Origin: Candidatus Scatosoma sp. | Lineage (GTDB): Bacteria; Bacillota; Clostridia; Christensenellales; Borkfalkiaceae | Length of the DNA stretch: 24,000 nucleotides | Reading direction: 5' to 3' | NCBI GenBank assembly: GCA_048465415.1 | Contig: DBFWLO010000014.1 | Location: forward strand, 11,514-35,513 | Part shown: positions 1-9,609 of the stretch, piece after piece | Position numbering within the stretch: position 1 is the first letter of the stretch | Layout: each line of letters begins with the position of its first letter | Translations under genes and position numbers: made by a program | Notes under the pieces: model-generated | Databases searched by the model: none | What the model was told of the DNA's origin: nothing | Seen by the model: the letters and a program-made list of their open reading frames with translations, nothing else

Positions 1-784
1 CTTTCTTTCCCGAAATATCAGAAAACCATGCGCCCGTATTTTCGGCCGTTTCGTTGCTGTAGTCGTTGGTTTTCAACGATCTCGCCGTTTCCATAAGGCT
101 ATCCGTCCCCTCCGTAAGGCTGCCGTCGATCACAAGCTTATTGTCGCCGTCTACCCAGCCCTTTTCTCTGCCGCCGAAAAATACTTTTGCAATATCCATG
201 TAGGAAGAAAGCACCTTATAGTCTTTTTGTTTCAATGCCTGCGCAGAATCAAGAAACTGCTCCCAGCTGTCGAAATGCTTCTGTATTTCCGCGGGTTCGT
301 CGGTTCCGAAAACTTCCTTGGCGATACTGCGTCTATAAGCGAATACGCCCGGCGTTACGTTTGTCGCCATCGCGTATAAATGACCGTCTTCCGCGGTCGC
401 CGCCTCTACCGTATAATCGTACATGTCGGACGTAAATTCTTTAAGCTCGTCGAGGTTTTCCATCAATTTACCGTCTATGTATCTTTTGAAAGAAGCTCCC
501 TCCAAGGCGACTACATCGGGGAGATTTTTGCCCGTCCGGAGACCGCTGTCCAATTTTGAAAGCATATTGTCCAGCGTCATTACCTCGATTTCAATTTTGT
601 ACCCCCGTTCTTCTTCGGAAGGGTAAAACCGCTCCACCTGTCTGCGCATCGCTTCGTCAAAACACCAATACACCAACGTATTGTCGCCCTTACCGCCGCA
701 GGCCGCCCCGGACAATGCTACGGCCCCCAACGTCGCCACTGATAATAACGTCGTCATTATCTTTGCTACTGCCTTTTTCATCAT
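1..784 (-). CDS. ABC-transporter extracellular solute-binding lipoprotein (start is in the window; the 3' end runs off the left edge)
   Basis: Absent from the ORF track because the window edge truncates it. The reverse complement from 784 reads ATG ATG AAA AAG GCA..., giving MMKKAVAKIMTTLLSVATLGAVALSGAACGGKGDNTLVYWC. This is a signal peptide ending in Cys (lipoprotein-like), with a GGAGG RBS at 790-794 on the minus strand. The downstream translation (..LDNMLSKLDSGLRTGKNLPDVVALE..) resembles family-1 sugar-binding proteins. A LacI regulator is adjacent. The + strand ORFs at 187..786 are its shadows. Confidence 0.7.
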   Translation of the reverse strand, partial: MMKKAVAKIMTTLLSVATLGAVALSGAACGGKGDNTLVYWCFDEAMRRQVERFYPSEEERGYKIEIEVMTLDNMLSKLDSGLRTGKNLPDVVALEGASFKRYIDGKLMENLDELKEFTSDMYDYTVEAATAEDGHLYAMATNVTPGVFAYRRSIAKEVFGTDEPAEIQKHFDSWEQFLDSAQALKQKDYKVLSSYMDIAKVFFGGREKGWVDGDNKLVIDGSLTEGTDSLMETARSLKTNDYSNETAENTGAWFSDISGKK

Positions 785-839
785 AGAAACCTCCTTATTT
801 CATTTCCTTTTAAGGAAATAATTAAATATTTTTTGATTA

Positions 840-857
840 GGAAAACGATTACCCTAT
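840..857. promoter_or_regulatory. Putative LacI-type operator, copy 1 (GGAAAACGATTACCCTAT)
   Basis: An 18-nt direct repeat recurs at 908-925 with one mismatch. Its core AAACGATT resembles the AANCGNTT centre of LacI/CcpA-family operators. It lies between the LacI gene and the start of the binding-protein gene. Confidence 0.3.
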
Positions 858-902
858 CTGCCAAAAAAAGTTCCCTGCGTGGGGAATTTTTTGAATTGGC
901 AG
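858..902. terminator. Bidirectional intrinsic-terminator-like hairpin downstream of the LacI gene
   Basis: Sequence ctgccaaaaaaagTTCCCtgcgtgGGGAAttttttgaattggcag. A GC-containing stem (TTCCC/GGGAA) is extended by A-run/T-run pairing and outer ctgccaa/ttggcag arms. T-runs follow it on both strands. Confidence 0.45.
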
Positions 903-907
903 CACAG

Positions 908-925
908 GGAAAACGATTACCTTAT
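908..925. promoter_or_regulatory. Putative LacI-type operator, copy 2 (GGAAAACGATTACCTTAT)
   Basis: Second copy of the 18-nt repeat, on the other side of the hairpin at 858-902. Confidence 0.3.
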
Positions 926-1000
926 TTATATTATAATACCTATGAAAGCATTTGTCAATAGGTTTTTGAAAGTTTTTTCGTCTTTTTTTATCGGCGCAAT

Positions 1001-2002
1001 TTATAGACGTTTCACGCTTTCACCCTCAAATATCTCTGTTTCCAAGCGCAATACGGCGGGATTTTTCGCTTTTCCTTCTATCCGGTCAAGCAAAACCTGC
1101 GCGCAGGCTCTGCCGAGCGCATTGGCATTCTGCACGATGGTCGTCAGCTGGGGCGAAATCAACCGGCCGATCGAAATACCGTCGAAACCGGCGATAGAGA
1201 TATCGTCGGGTATCGATTTACCGTATCTTTTCAATTCTCTCAAGCCCGCGATCGCGGTAAAGTCATCGGGATACATGACGGCAGTCACTTCGCGGCCGCA
1301 CTGAAACAATAATTCCGTCGCGTGTTTCCCCTCGTCCGCGCTGAAAAAGCCGGAACGAATCACAAATTCCTCATCGGATACCCCCGCGTCTTTCAGCGCG
1401 TCTCGGTATCCGCGGATTCTTTCCCGCGTTATCATGGTATCGGTACCCGCGATAAACGCAATCTTTTTATGTCCCATCGAGAGAAAATATTGTGTAAGCT
1501 TTTTACTTGCTTCGTAATTTTCACTTTCAATACAGAACGAGTTTTCGTAGGGAATTTCAAAACCCACCATCGGAATTGAACCCGCCGCAAGTTCTTTTAC
1601 AGCTTCCGCGTTATAGTCACAGGTTAAACAAAACACGCCGTCCAACCGGAGAGCCTGACAGTGACTGGACAAGCTGCCGTTCCAAGCTTCCGATTCTTCG
1701 GAAATAAGCAAAATTTCGTATTGTTTAGTTTCCATTTCCATACGGAAGGCGTTAAGAATTTCCGCAAAAAGCTCATGGCGAAGCCCGAGGCTTTTGTCGA
1801 CAAACAACAGGATTCCTATCATATTCGATTTGCAGTTGACAAGATTGCGTGCCGTTACGTTAGGAATATATCCCAACCTGTCCGCCGCGGCCATAATTTC
1901 TTTTCGCTTTTCTTTACTGATATTTCCGGTATTATTAAATACCTTACTTACCGTCGCGGTTGAGCATTTACATTCTCTGGCGATGTCGTAAATAGTGATC
2001 AT
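1001..2002 (-). CDS. LacI/GalR-family transcriptional regulator
   Basis: N-terminal HTH MITIYDIARECKCSTATVSKVFNNTGNISKEKRKEIMAAADRLGYIPNVTARNL, followed by a periplasmic-binding-protein-like sugar-binding fold. The ORF-track start at 2038 is a TTG. The ATG at 2002, preceded by AAGGAAA, gives the canonical N-terminus. Confidence 0.9.
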   Translation of the reverse strand: MITIYDIARECKCSTATVSKVFNNTGNISKEKRKEIMAAADRLGYIPNVTARNLVNCKSNMIGILLFVDKSLGLRHELFAEILNAFRMEMETKQYEILLISEESEAWNGSLSSHCQALRLDGVFCLTCDYNAEAVKELAAGSIPMVGFEIPYENSFCIESENYEASKKLTQYFLSMGHKKIAFIAGTDTMITRERIRGYRDALKDAGVSDEEFVIRSGFFSADEGKHATELLFQCGREVTAVMYPDDFTAIAGLRELKRYGKSIPDDISIAGFDGISIGRLISPQLTTIVQNANALGRACAQVLLDRIEGKAKNPAVLRLETEIFEGESVKRL

Positions 2003-2777
2003 GATTAATCGATTTCCTTTTCTTAAATTATATACCAAACCTGACGTTCCGTCAACAATTTGTCTTTACATTTTTTAATTTTACTGAAAATTTATCGTAT
2101 GAAGAAAAGCGCAACCCTTTTATGAAATCTCAAAACGTCTGTAACCCCCAGTGAAAAGGGAAAGGCGTCTTGAATTCTTGAGTCTATATATTCTCCCAAA
2201 AGTGCTTACCCTCCTTTGAATAGTCTATTTTTAATTTTACGCTCCTTTGGCCTAATCGTACTCTTTCGCCACGTGCAATCGCTTATTTATTGTAATATTT
2301 AAGATAGACTATGCCTTATTCAGCTAATCTTGCCCCCATTTTGTACTTGCGTGTTTTTTCTTGATAGCTTAATCTCTTTTTATATATTCAGTATAATACT
2401 TTTCTTAAACCCTCAGTTCTTTTTATTTTCTAACAAAAACACCCCATCGGTTGACCAACCTTTGAGGTGCTTTTGATTTTTAGTTACAACACTTTTTACT
2501 TTTCTGTTAAGAAACTTGCTGATTTTTCGAGTACAAGGGAATAATCTTATCATTTGTAAGTACGTTTTTGAACGCAAATCCTTAGTATTATTGCCGTCGT
2601 CATCAGACAAAAAATGAATTGCTGTAATTAAAGAAAACATTTTTTGCAATGCCGACGAGTTAATTGAGGAATCTATATACTTTCATTTCAAGGATAGAAT
2701 CGCACATTTTATATATTCCCTTTGCATAGATTTTAATTTTTGAAAAGGCCAAATAGTAAAATTTATTAATTTAACTT

Positions 2778-4016
2778 CTATGCCTTAAAGCCCAGGAGTT
2801 CAATAGACGTTTCATTAAAAACAAGGGATTCTTGTTCCAATTTATATCCATTCTTTAACATAAATTCGATAACGGGATAAAATAACTGCGCCTCCTGATT
2901 TTGAAGCAGCAAAGACAAATGTCGCCTATCATTTTCTGTAAGAGGCGAACAATCGCCTTTATATTTTATCAGTTCTTCCATTCCCATCATTAAAGGTATA
3001 AAGTTAATGCCTGTTTTACGCTTTAAATGTAAGAATATTTCAAATCCGCCCCAATCGATATCTCCAATGTGATAAAATTTTAACTGCGGATTAAAAGAAT
3101 ACAACTTTTCTAATAGCTTTCTTTTAACAGAATTGTGATATCCCCCAAGATAAATGATAATGGAGTTTGGTTCATTATAATAATGAAACGTTGTAAGATT
3201 CTCTATGGTTATAACTCTTTCCTTTTTGACTGAAATAATTTCTATTTTATCAATAGCAGACTCCGAAAAAGAAAAATCTTCCTTTAGGCAATCCAGATCT
3301 ACAATCTGTTCGTTAAGCTTAAAGCAAAATCCGTATTTGACGTACACGTACCCTTTGTTTTTTACAAGATAATGCTCCGAACAAAGTTCTGCAAAACTAC
3401 CGTATTCTTTTTCATCAAAAGTATTAAATATACGCAACAAACGAGCCGCATTGTTTTCAACTATTTTAGAATCTTTAAACTTTTTTTTACTAAAATTTCT
3501 AAGTAATATTTCTTCTTCATTTTTTTCTATTTCCTCCACTATATCCGATAGTAAAGCAAGCTCATCTATCGTTCTAAATTGCGAACGATATGAATGGCCA
3601 CTTTCAATCAGCCGTTTTACCTCCGATAAATATTTGTAGGCGATAGACGCATCGTCAAGAGTAGAAAGTCTGGCGTTAATAAACGCTATTTCTTTCCCGG
3701 TAACTTCCCTGCGCGAAGGGCGCTTCAGGGAGTCAAATGCCTTATCGACATTTTCGAGCTTTAAAGTTACTCGCTTTAAAATTTCGCTTTGCTTATCGTA
3801 TTCTGCCACCACGAAGCCTTCTTTTGATAAATCGTCAACCGCGTCATGAATTTCCGGGCGGTAATTATAACAGTCCGCACACCAATATTTCTCAAAGATC
3901 TTTTCTTTGTCCGTGCGCAAGGAAATAGTCCTGGCTTTTGCCGTCGTATCTCTTGATTGAAAACTGTTGTCATACTTATCTAAAAGTTTATTCAATATTT
4001 TTTCCCGATAATTCAT
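2778..4016 (-). CDS. jetD: Wadjet JetD: Toprim-domain nuclease subunit (DUF3322/DUF2220-like)
   Basis: 412 aa and last gene of the operon. The ATGA at 4013-4016 overlaps the jetC stop. The C-terminal region has Toprim-like acidic motifs: VITIENLTTF (Glu) and YHIGDIDWGGFEIF (DxD). Size and position match JetD. Confidence 0.8.
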   Translation of the reverse strand: MNYREKILNKLLDKYDNSFQSRDTTAKARTISLRTDKEKIFEKYWCADCYNYRPEIHDAVDDLSKEGFVVAEYDKQSEILKRVTLKLENVDKAFDSLKRPSRREVTGKEIAFINARLSTLDDASIAYKYLSEVKRLIESGHSYRSQFRTIDELALLSDIVEEIEKNEEEILLRNFSKKKFKDSKIVENNAARLLRIFNTFDEKEYGSFAELCSEHYLVKNKGYVYVKYGFCFKLNEQIVDLDCLKEDFSFSESAIDKIEIISVKKERVITIENLTTFHYYNEPNSIIIYLGGYHNSVKRKLLEKLYSFNPQLKFYHIGDIDWGGFEIFLHLKRKTGINFIPLMMGMEELIKYKGDCSPLTENDRRHLSLLLQNQEAQLFYPVIEFMLKNGYKLEQESLVFNETSIELLGFKA

Positions 4017-7000
4017 AGATTGTTCCTTATATGTGATTTGGGAATAATACGATCCCTACATTTCACCAGCGCAACCGTAGTATCTACATAAGGCATGATC
4101 GTTTTAGCACGAGGAGAAGGAACCGCAATCAACGGCTGAATATCCAGACTCGTAAAATATTGCATCATCGAATCGATATGAGATCCGTCCATATTATTAA
4201 AAGCCTCATCCAACATTACAAGGCATCCCGGCGATTTACGCCCAAAACTGCTATGTATGATTTGATCGAAAGACGCGGCGATAATTACGTAGAAAGGAGT
4301 TTGTGTCTCACCGCCGCTTTTTTCTCTGTTTATTTTAGAAAAATAGGAGACTTCGCCGCGCTTATTGGTAATTTTTATGTCATAGCTCATAAACTTACGA
4401 TAATCCGTAAACTCTCGTATAATTTTATCTTGCTTTTCAGACTGTGTATCCTGTGTCAAAAGCACAAATAAATCTTGCATAAGTTGATAATTTTTATCGC
4501 TCAGCTGATCCGTAAATAAACTTTTTGTATCGTAATCTTCATCGCTCATAAAGATATTGTAATAGTCGCCAAACTTTTTATCCGTACTGCGCTTAATCTC
4601 AAATTGATAAATTTCTTCGTCCGCTCCAAAAGGTTTATTCTGCAAAATTTTATTTAATTTATTTATATTATCTTTTTCGTCCTTAATATGTTTTCTGATC
4701 TCGGCAATATAAGATTCTTGAAAAGCACAACTTGCAAGTTGTTTGACCTCCTGCAATTTTTCTTGCCACCTTTCTAAATCCCGTAATACAACTTCGTTGT
4801 ACTCCTGATAAAATACATTTAAGCTGTCCAATTCGGCGTTGGCGTCAAAACCAAACTTTGTTATATACATTGACATAAGAGACGGAAGATGCGTTTCCAC
4901 TTTGGCAATCTCGATTTTTAATGCGTCTATTCTATCGGAACACTCTTTTACAGAATACTGATACTCTTCAAAAAAACTTTCTACTTCCTTCCATAAAGTA
5001 ACGTCTTGCTCTAAAAGTCTTATAAACGGAGTAATCTGTTCGATGGCTTTTTTTGCCTTTTCTGCCGATTGAATATTATCCTTGATTGACATATTCAACT
5101 GAATTATATTATTCGAGCAATGCTTCTTCTTTTGTTGCGCAGACTCATGCAATTGTTTTTGGACATCGATTTTGGGATCGAGCGTAGACGTATTTTTTGT
5201 TGCTTCTAAAAGTCTTGCCTTTAAGGTTTTTATATTGCCGAGCACTCTATGGCATTTATCCCATATATTTTCAGTTTGGTAGATGAGAGAATAATTGCTG
5301 TCTTTCGTCTTTCTTCTTAAAGCTTCAAAGTTTGATTTTTTATTAAGTGATATCTCCGTTATTTTTTCGTTTTCCCCGAGTTTTTCGTTAATACTTTTTA
5401 AGCGTATCCGTAAAGACTCCCTGCCGATATATGGAGTAGCGTATACCTCTCTCTTTGTTTGACGCGCCGCTTTGTTTTGATATACCATGACGGTTTTCGT
5501 AATAGATTTTTCATAACCTTTCAAATCGTCCTCCGACTCTACGCAACTGACGTTGCCCATAAGGTAATTGACATATTTTCTTGCTTCTTTATTCTCCGTA
5601 TAGACCTTTTCCGCAAGAGAACCGAAGTTACATTCTACATCTTTGATTTTTGCGTGATTCACTAACCCTATGCCAGAAATTCTTTTTTCAAATTTATATT
5701 TTTCATACAAATTTAAAGCTTTATCGTAAAAACGTTCAGGTACAAACAAGTCAAATCTGCGAGTATTCAAATAACCCTCTACGGCATCGCGCCATTCCTC
5801 TTGCCCTTCGGATATTTCCAGCATTTCGCATAAAGGCGTAACGCAGACGTCTTCGTTGGTATCCGCTTTTATTCCTGAAACAATCACACTGATTAAAGAA
5901 GAAACTTCACTGCTATAAGAGGGTAGCCCCTTTAACAATTTTTCCTTCTCGTCTGTAAGCGATTTTTTATCAACGCTTAATTTTGTTAAAGAAGTCTCCA
6001 ACTCATAAATATTTTTATTAATTTTTTCAACTGCAATATCATATAAACGTTTATATTCGGTAAGTGTTTCCAAAAAAGCCGAATGATCCTTTGTTTTCAG
6101 ATATTTTTGGAAATGGATATTTATTTCTAACGCGTCCGCTATTTCGGCTTCAGCTAATATCCATTTGTTGAATTTAGAAACTTTTTCTTTAATCTCTTCA
6201 TAGTTTCTATTTTCAACCGTCAATTCATCTTCTATCTGTTTTTTCGCAAGATATGCTTCACAATGCGTTAATGAATATATCGTTTCTTCGATCGATTTTA
6301 ATTGAGTTTCATAATCTGTTTCGTTTATTTTTTCTTGTTCGAGATTTTTTCGCAGAACTATTATTTGCTGTTCCGCTTTTTCCACAATCTTCTCGTTCTC
6401 GCACAATGCTTTTTTGAGCTTATAGCCTTCGAGTAACTGTTTTTCGTTAACCAAAGTCTTGTATTTGTCTCCCCAAAACGTTATTTTTTCAAGGTCTTGC
6501 TTTTTCTCTTTGTCTTGAGATATTTTTATCTGAATTTCATTATAGGCGTGTATATTCTGCCGAATATTTTCGATATTTATATCGCTTTCCGGCATAAGAA
6601 ACTTATATACAAAATCACTGACTTCGGAAATCGGCTTGAACGCAATGGCTTTGGGTAAAATATCGTAGTATTTATTATTCAAATCGAGGATACTGTAAAT
6701 ATTTTTTCTTATCGAACTGCGGGAACTACTTTGATAATCAAGTGCATTTATATGCTCTTTATCAAGTTTTTTCTCCATCGAACGATAATTTAGACAAAAT
6801 CTCTTTCCGTCTTTTTCTGCGTAAAACAACTCGTCGTTTATTTTTCCGTTTACAATATGATAAAAAGATTTTCCGACTTTCAGTTTGGAATCTTGGATTT
6901 CCAAAACGACACCGATAACGAGAGAAGTATTATTTGAATCGTCAAAAAATTCCAAAGCAATATGGGAGATAAGATCGTTGTCGTTACGAAGAAATTCTTT

Positions 7001-7237
7001 TCCTTCAACGCCGGTTTTTCCTCTCATGTAGGTTACAATAGTTCGTTGTGCATTTTCATTTGCCGCAGAATTAAAGTTATTATCTTCTCCGCCCGTTAAA
7101 AGGAAATAGAGCGCGTCTATCAGCGTCGATTTTCCACACCCATTTTCTCCGGTAATAAGCGTAGCTCCCTTTATTTCTATCGTTTCATCGTAAAAGCCGT
7201 GCCAGTTAATAAGTTTAATCTTCGTCAATGTTTTCAT
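4013..7237 (-). CDS. jetC: Wadjet JetC: SMC/MksB-like ABC ATPase
   Basis: 1074 aa. N-terminal Walker A ITGENGCGKSTLIDAL. Long K/E/L-rich coiled-coil middle. C-terminal signature-like SGGETQ and Walker B CLVMLDEAFNNMD. Confidence 0.9.
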   Translation of the reverse strand: MKTLTKIKLINWHGFYDETIEIKGATLITGENGCGKSTLIDALYFLLTGGEDNNFNSAANENAQRTIVTYMRGKTGVEGKEFLRNDNDLISHIALEFFDDSNNTSLVIGVVLEIQDSKLKVGKSFYHIVNGKINDELFYAEKDGKRFCLNYRSMEKKLDKEHINALDYQSSSRSSIRKNIYSILDLNNKYYDILPKAIAFKPISEVSDFVYKFLMPESDINIENIRQNIHAYNEIQIKISQDKEKKQDLEKITFWGDKYKTLVNEKQLLEGYKLKKALCENEKIVEKAEQQIIVLRKNLEQEKINETDYETQLKSIEETIYSLTHCEAYLAKKQIEDELTVENRNYEEIKEKVSKFNKWILAEAEIADALEINIHFQKYLKTKDHSAFLETLTEYKRLYDIAVEKINKNIYELETSLTKLSVDKKSLTDEKEKLLKGLPSYSSEVSSLISVIVSGIKADTNEDVCVTPLCEMLEISEGQEEWRDAVEGYLNTRRFDLFVPERFYDKALNLYEKYKFEKRISGIGLVNHAKIKDVECNFGSLAEKVYTENKEARKYVNYLMGNVSCVESEDDLKGYEKSITKTVMVYQNKAARQTKREVYATPYIGRESLRIRLKSINEKLGENEKITEISLNKKSNFEALRRKTKDSNYSLIYQTENIWDKCHRVLGNIKTLKARLLEATKNTSTLDPKIDVQKQLHESAQQKKKHCSNNIIQLNMSIKDNIQSAEKAKKAIEQITPFIRLLEQDVTLWKEVESFFEEYQYSVKECSDRIDALKIEIAKVETHLPSLMSMYITKFGFDANAELDSLNVFYQEYNEVVLRDLERWQEKLQEVKQLASCAFQESYIAEIRKHIKDEKDNINKLNKILQNKPFGADEEIYQFEIKRSTDKKFGDYYNIFMSDEDYDTKSLFTDQLSDKNYQLMQDLFVLLTQDTQSEKQDKIIREFTDYRKFMSYDIKITNKRGEVSYFSKINREKSGGETQTPFYVIIAASFDQIIHSSFGRKSPGCLVMLDEAFNNMDGSHIDSMMQYFTSLDIQPLIAVPSPRAKTIMPYVDTTVALVKCRDRIIPKSHIRNNL

Positions 7238-7865
7238 CGATATTTTCCCCTGTGTCTTCCGACTCTTTTCTTAATGCGCTTAATCTATCCGTAATATTTT
7301 CCAATTTATCTTGCTGAACAATAATTTGAATAGCAGGATAAATAAGTATGGGCAAGCTTTCATCTATAGTGGTCGCCGTATAATCAATAATTTTATGTTT
7401 TCTCAATTTAATAAGGCTTTCTTTATAGGCATTTATTTTTTTCTCCTCTTTAAAAATTTTACTTGTTTTAACTTTTTCAATGATCTCCTCCAACTTTATA
7501 ACTACCTTATTGTCAGTTGCGACTTCTCTTCTTTTTATATAATAAAACTGCCGTAAAATGAGAATAATGGCTGTATCGAATTTATATAATTTCACTCGAT
7601 TTCTATTTTCAGTTGTTTTAATATAACAAAGTTCGTTATATCTGTCATTGATAAACTCGTAATCGGTTATTTCAAAATAGGAAGTAAATAAAGCGTTATT
7701 TTCGCGGGCAAATAAATAATCCGCACGATCCGCCTCTTTATCTTTCACGATAAAGGTTTCGTTCAAAAGTTTACTTACAATTTTTGAAAACTCTTGCTTA
7801 TCCGTTTCTGTAAGCATTTTATATTCAGTCGAAAAATTATTCAAAGAAGTTATTTTATCGCTCAT
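7215..7865 (-). CDS. jetB: Wadjet JetB: MksE-like KITE subunit (DUF4194-like)
   Basis: 216 aa with an acidic C-terminal tail (ESEDTGENIDENIDED). Its start overlaps the jetA stop (7862-7865) and its 3' end overlaps jetC by 23 nt. Called mainly from size, order and context. Confidence 0.7.
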   Translation of the reverse strand: MSDKITSLNNFSTEYKMLTETDKQEFSKIVSKLLNETFIVKDKEADRADYLFARENNALFTSYFEITDYEFINDRYNELCYIKTTENRNRVKLYKFDTAIILILRQFYYIKRREVATDNKVVIKLEEIIEKVKTSKIFKEEKKINAYKESLIKLRKHKIIDYTATTIDESLPILIYPAIQIIVQQDKLENITDRLSALRKESEDTGENIDENIDED

Positions 7866-9259
7866 AATGCTTTTCTCCTAAAAATATAAAAAGATTCCAT
7901 ACTATATCCGTATATTACCTGTTTACTGCCGTTATACCTTATATAATAATCCATTTCTTTATATTCGGAATATATTTGTATCATAACAATTTTCATAAAC
8001 TCTTGCATGCCGGTTATAGGAATATACGATATCTCTATGCTATTCCTATTTCCCAATAAATTAGCAACAAATTGGTTGATTTTATTTCGGGAATATTCAT
8101 CGTCTTGAAAAATTGCTTCAAAGCCTGTTTTCACTTCATCCTCCGAAATCTCGGGAATTTCCGTAAAAGTTTCCGATTTCTTCTCCCTATTAAAATTTCT
8201 CGAATGCAGAGATTTATCGTCGATATTTCCGTAAGAATAAATTTCGATTATTTCCTCAAAATCTTCACCGTCACTGACGTTCTGTAAAATTCTTAACGCT
8301 TTATCGATTTGCCCTTCTATGTCCCTTCGATTATTCATTATAAAGTTTAACGTAGCTAATGCCGAACCATGAAATTTACTGTTTTTATAATCTATAATCG
8401 AAACGAATTGATCTACGCTTTCAAAACTTGCAATTACTTCATCAAGTTCTCTTTCAAGTTTTCGTTCTACTTCTTCATACTTTTCATTTGTAAGTTCTTT
8501 TATATTTGCAGTAGCAATATAATTGGACACTACTTTATCGAAATTTTCATATCGGATCCATTTTAACTTCCCTAGTATTTCAGAAGTATATTTACTTGGA
8601 TTATCGCGTCCTTTTAAATTATTAAACACCGTTAAGATAACTTGATCTTGATATTTGTTTAGCAATAAATCTAATACGTCTTGAGGAGTTAAATCTGTTC
8701 TGTTAATCAATTTTTTGATAAAGCGCTTAATTTCAGAATGAAGTCCCTGTAAACTGTTGAAAAGTTCATTGGTATTCTTAACGATCTGTTCTACCAAAGC
8801 TTTTGATTTTTGATAATCAAAATTGCGTAAAGTTTCATATATAACATAAAAATACCCCGTATATTCAAGCGGCTGTTCTCTTTTTGATACAATCATGCGA
8901 AAAGCTTCAAGCAGTAAAATGGCATTATCAGACAAAGTAATGATATATTCCAGTCCTTTCGAGTTCTCCTCCTCCAACCAGCCACATTTTATAAATTGTC
9001 CAATCTTATATGAGGCTTTCTCTCGCGCTGATTTTCCCAACAGACTTACATTGTCCGCATCGTCCAGTTCGTCGAAATCCCGACCTTTCATGTATGCCGC
9101 AATCTTATCTTTAAGATCTTCTTTTACTATGTTTTGAAATCTATCCTCTTTAGTAAATATATCGTAAAGCGTAGAAAGCAAATCGTAATTTGCGCGTTTA
9201 TCCTTACGGGCAAAAACTGAAAACATCCCGTTGTTTATTACATCAAACAGATTCTCCAC
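7862..9259 (-). CDS. jetA: Wadjet JetA: MksF-like kleisin subunit
   Basis: 465 aa and first gene of the operon. GTG start at 9257-9259, with GAGAGG 7 nt upstream. Called from size, order and tight coupling to jetBCD. I recognise no diagnostic motif by eye. Confidence 0.7.
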   Translation of the reverse strand: MENLFDVINNGMFSVFARKDKRANYDLLSTLYDIFTKEDRFQNIVKEDLKDKIAAYMKGRDFDELDDADNVSLLGKSAREKASYKIGQFIKCGWLEEENSKGLEYIITLSDNAILLLEAFRMIVSKREQPLEYTGYFYVIYETLRNFDYQKSKALVEQIVKNTNELFNSLQGLHSEIKRFIKKLINRTDLTPQDVLDLLLNKYQDQVILTVFNNLKGRDNPSKYTSEILGKLKWIRYENFDKVVSNYIATANIKELTNEKYEEVERKLERELDEVIASFESVDQFVSIIDYKNSKFHGSALATLNFIMNNRRDIEGQIDKALRILQNVSDGEDFEEIIEIYSYGNIDDKSLHSRNFNREKKSETFTEIPEISEDEVKTGFEAIFQDDEYSRNKINQFVANLLGNRNSIEISYIPITGMQEFMKIVMIQIYSEYKEMDYYIRYNGSKQVIYGYSMESFYIFRRKAL

Positions 9260-9585
9260 AATTTACCTCTCTTATATTTTACAGTTTTTCTAAAATAATT
9301 TTCTAAAGTTTTTTATGAAGTCCTACTTATTAGCTAAACGTCTATTGGTTTTGTAATATCCCAATTTGATATATAGTTTTCATTTTATTTCCTTTGATTA
9401 TTTTTCATTATACTTATTATAACATACCACTTCTAGGAAATCAATACCTAAACCATATTTTTCTTTGCTTTCTAACGTCTTATTTTAATTTGTTAAACAT
9501 TATAAAAATCTCTTTTAAGGCATCCACTTCTCTCCTTGAAAATCGTTTTACTCCTTTGAAACAGTTTTTCTATAAAGTAAAAAGC

Positions 9586-9609
9586 CGTTCCGAAAAAAAG
9601 TTCGGAACG
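9586..9609 (-). terminator. Perfect 9-bp hairpin followed by a T-rich tract on the minus strand
   Basis: CGTTCCGAA-aaaaag-TTCGGAACG. On the minus strand it is followed by gcTTTTTacTTTat. It lies about 285 nt downstream of the minus-strand ATPase gene and upstream of the jet operon, so it may insulate the two. Confidence 0.4.

Noticed and set aside
187-786. Plus-strand ORFs (82, 67 and 76 aa) at the left end
   Set aside because: Their translations are low-complexity and Pro/Arg/Ser-rich. They lie antisense to a convincing minus-strand lipoprotein gene with an RBS and signal peptide, so they are shadow ORFs.
879-1991. Plus-strand ORFs overlapping the LacI gene (141, 85, 66, 100 and 65 aa)
   Set aside because: They are antisense to a full-length LacI-family regulator with a canonical HTH. 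They have no RBS or recognisable motifs.
2413-2649. 78-aa minus-strand ORF downstream of jetD
   Set aside because: It has no RBS upstream of its ATG, a composition typical of AT-rich intergenic DNA, and no recognisable motif. It is probably not a gene, though a small protein cannot be excluded.
3451-9137. Numerous 60-110 aa plus-strand (and one minus-strand, 3776..3973) ORFs inside jetA-jetD
   Set aside because: They are alternative-frame or antisense ORFs inside long, motif-bearing genes. The AT-rich sequence yields F/I/L/K/N-rich shadow peptides.
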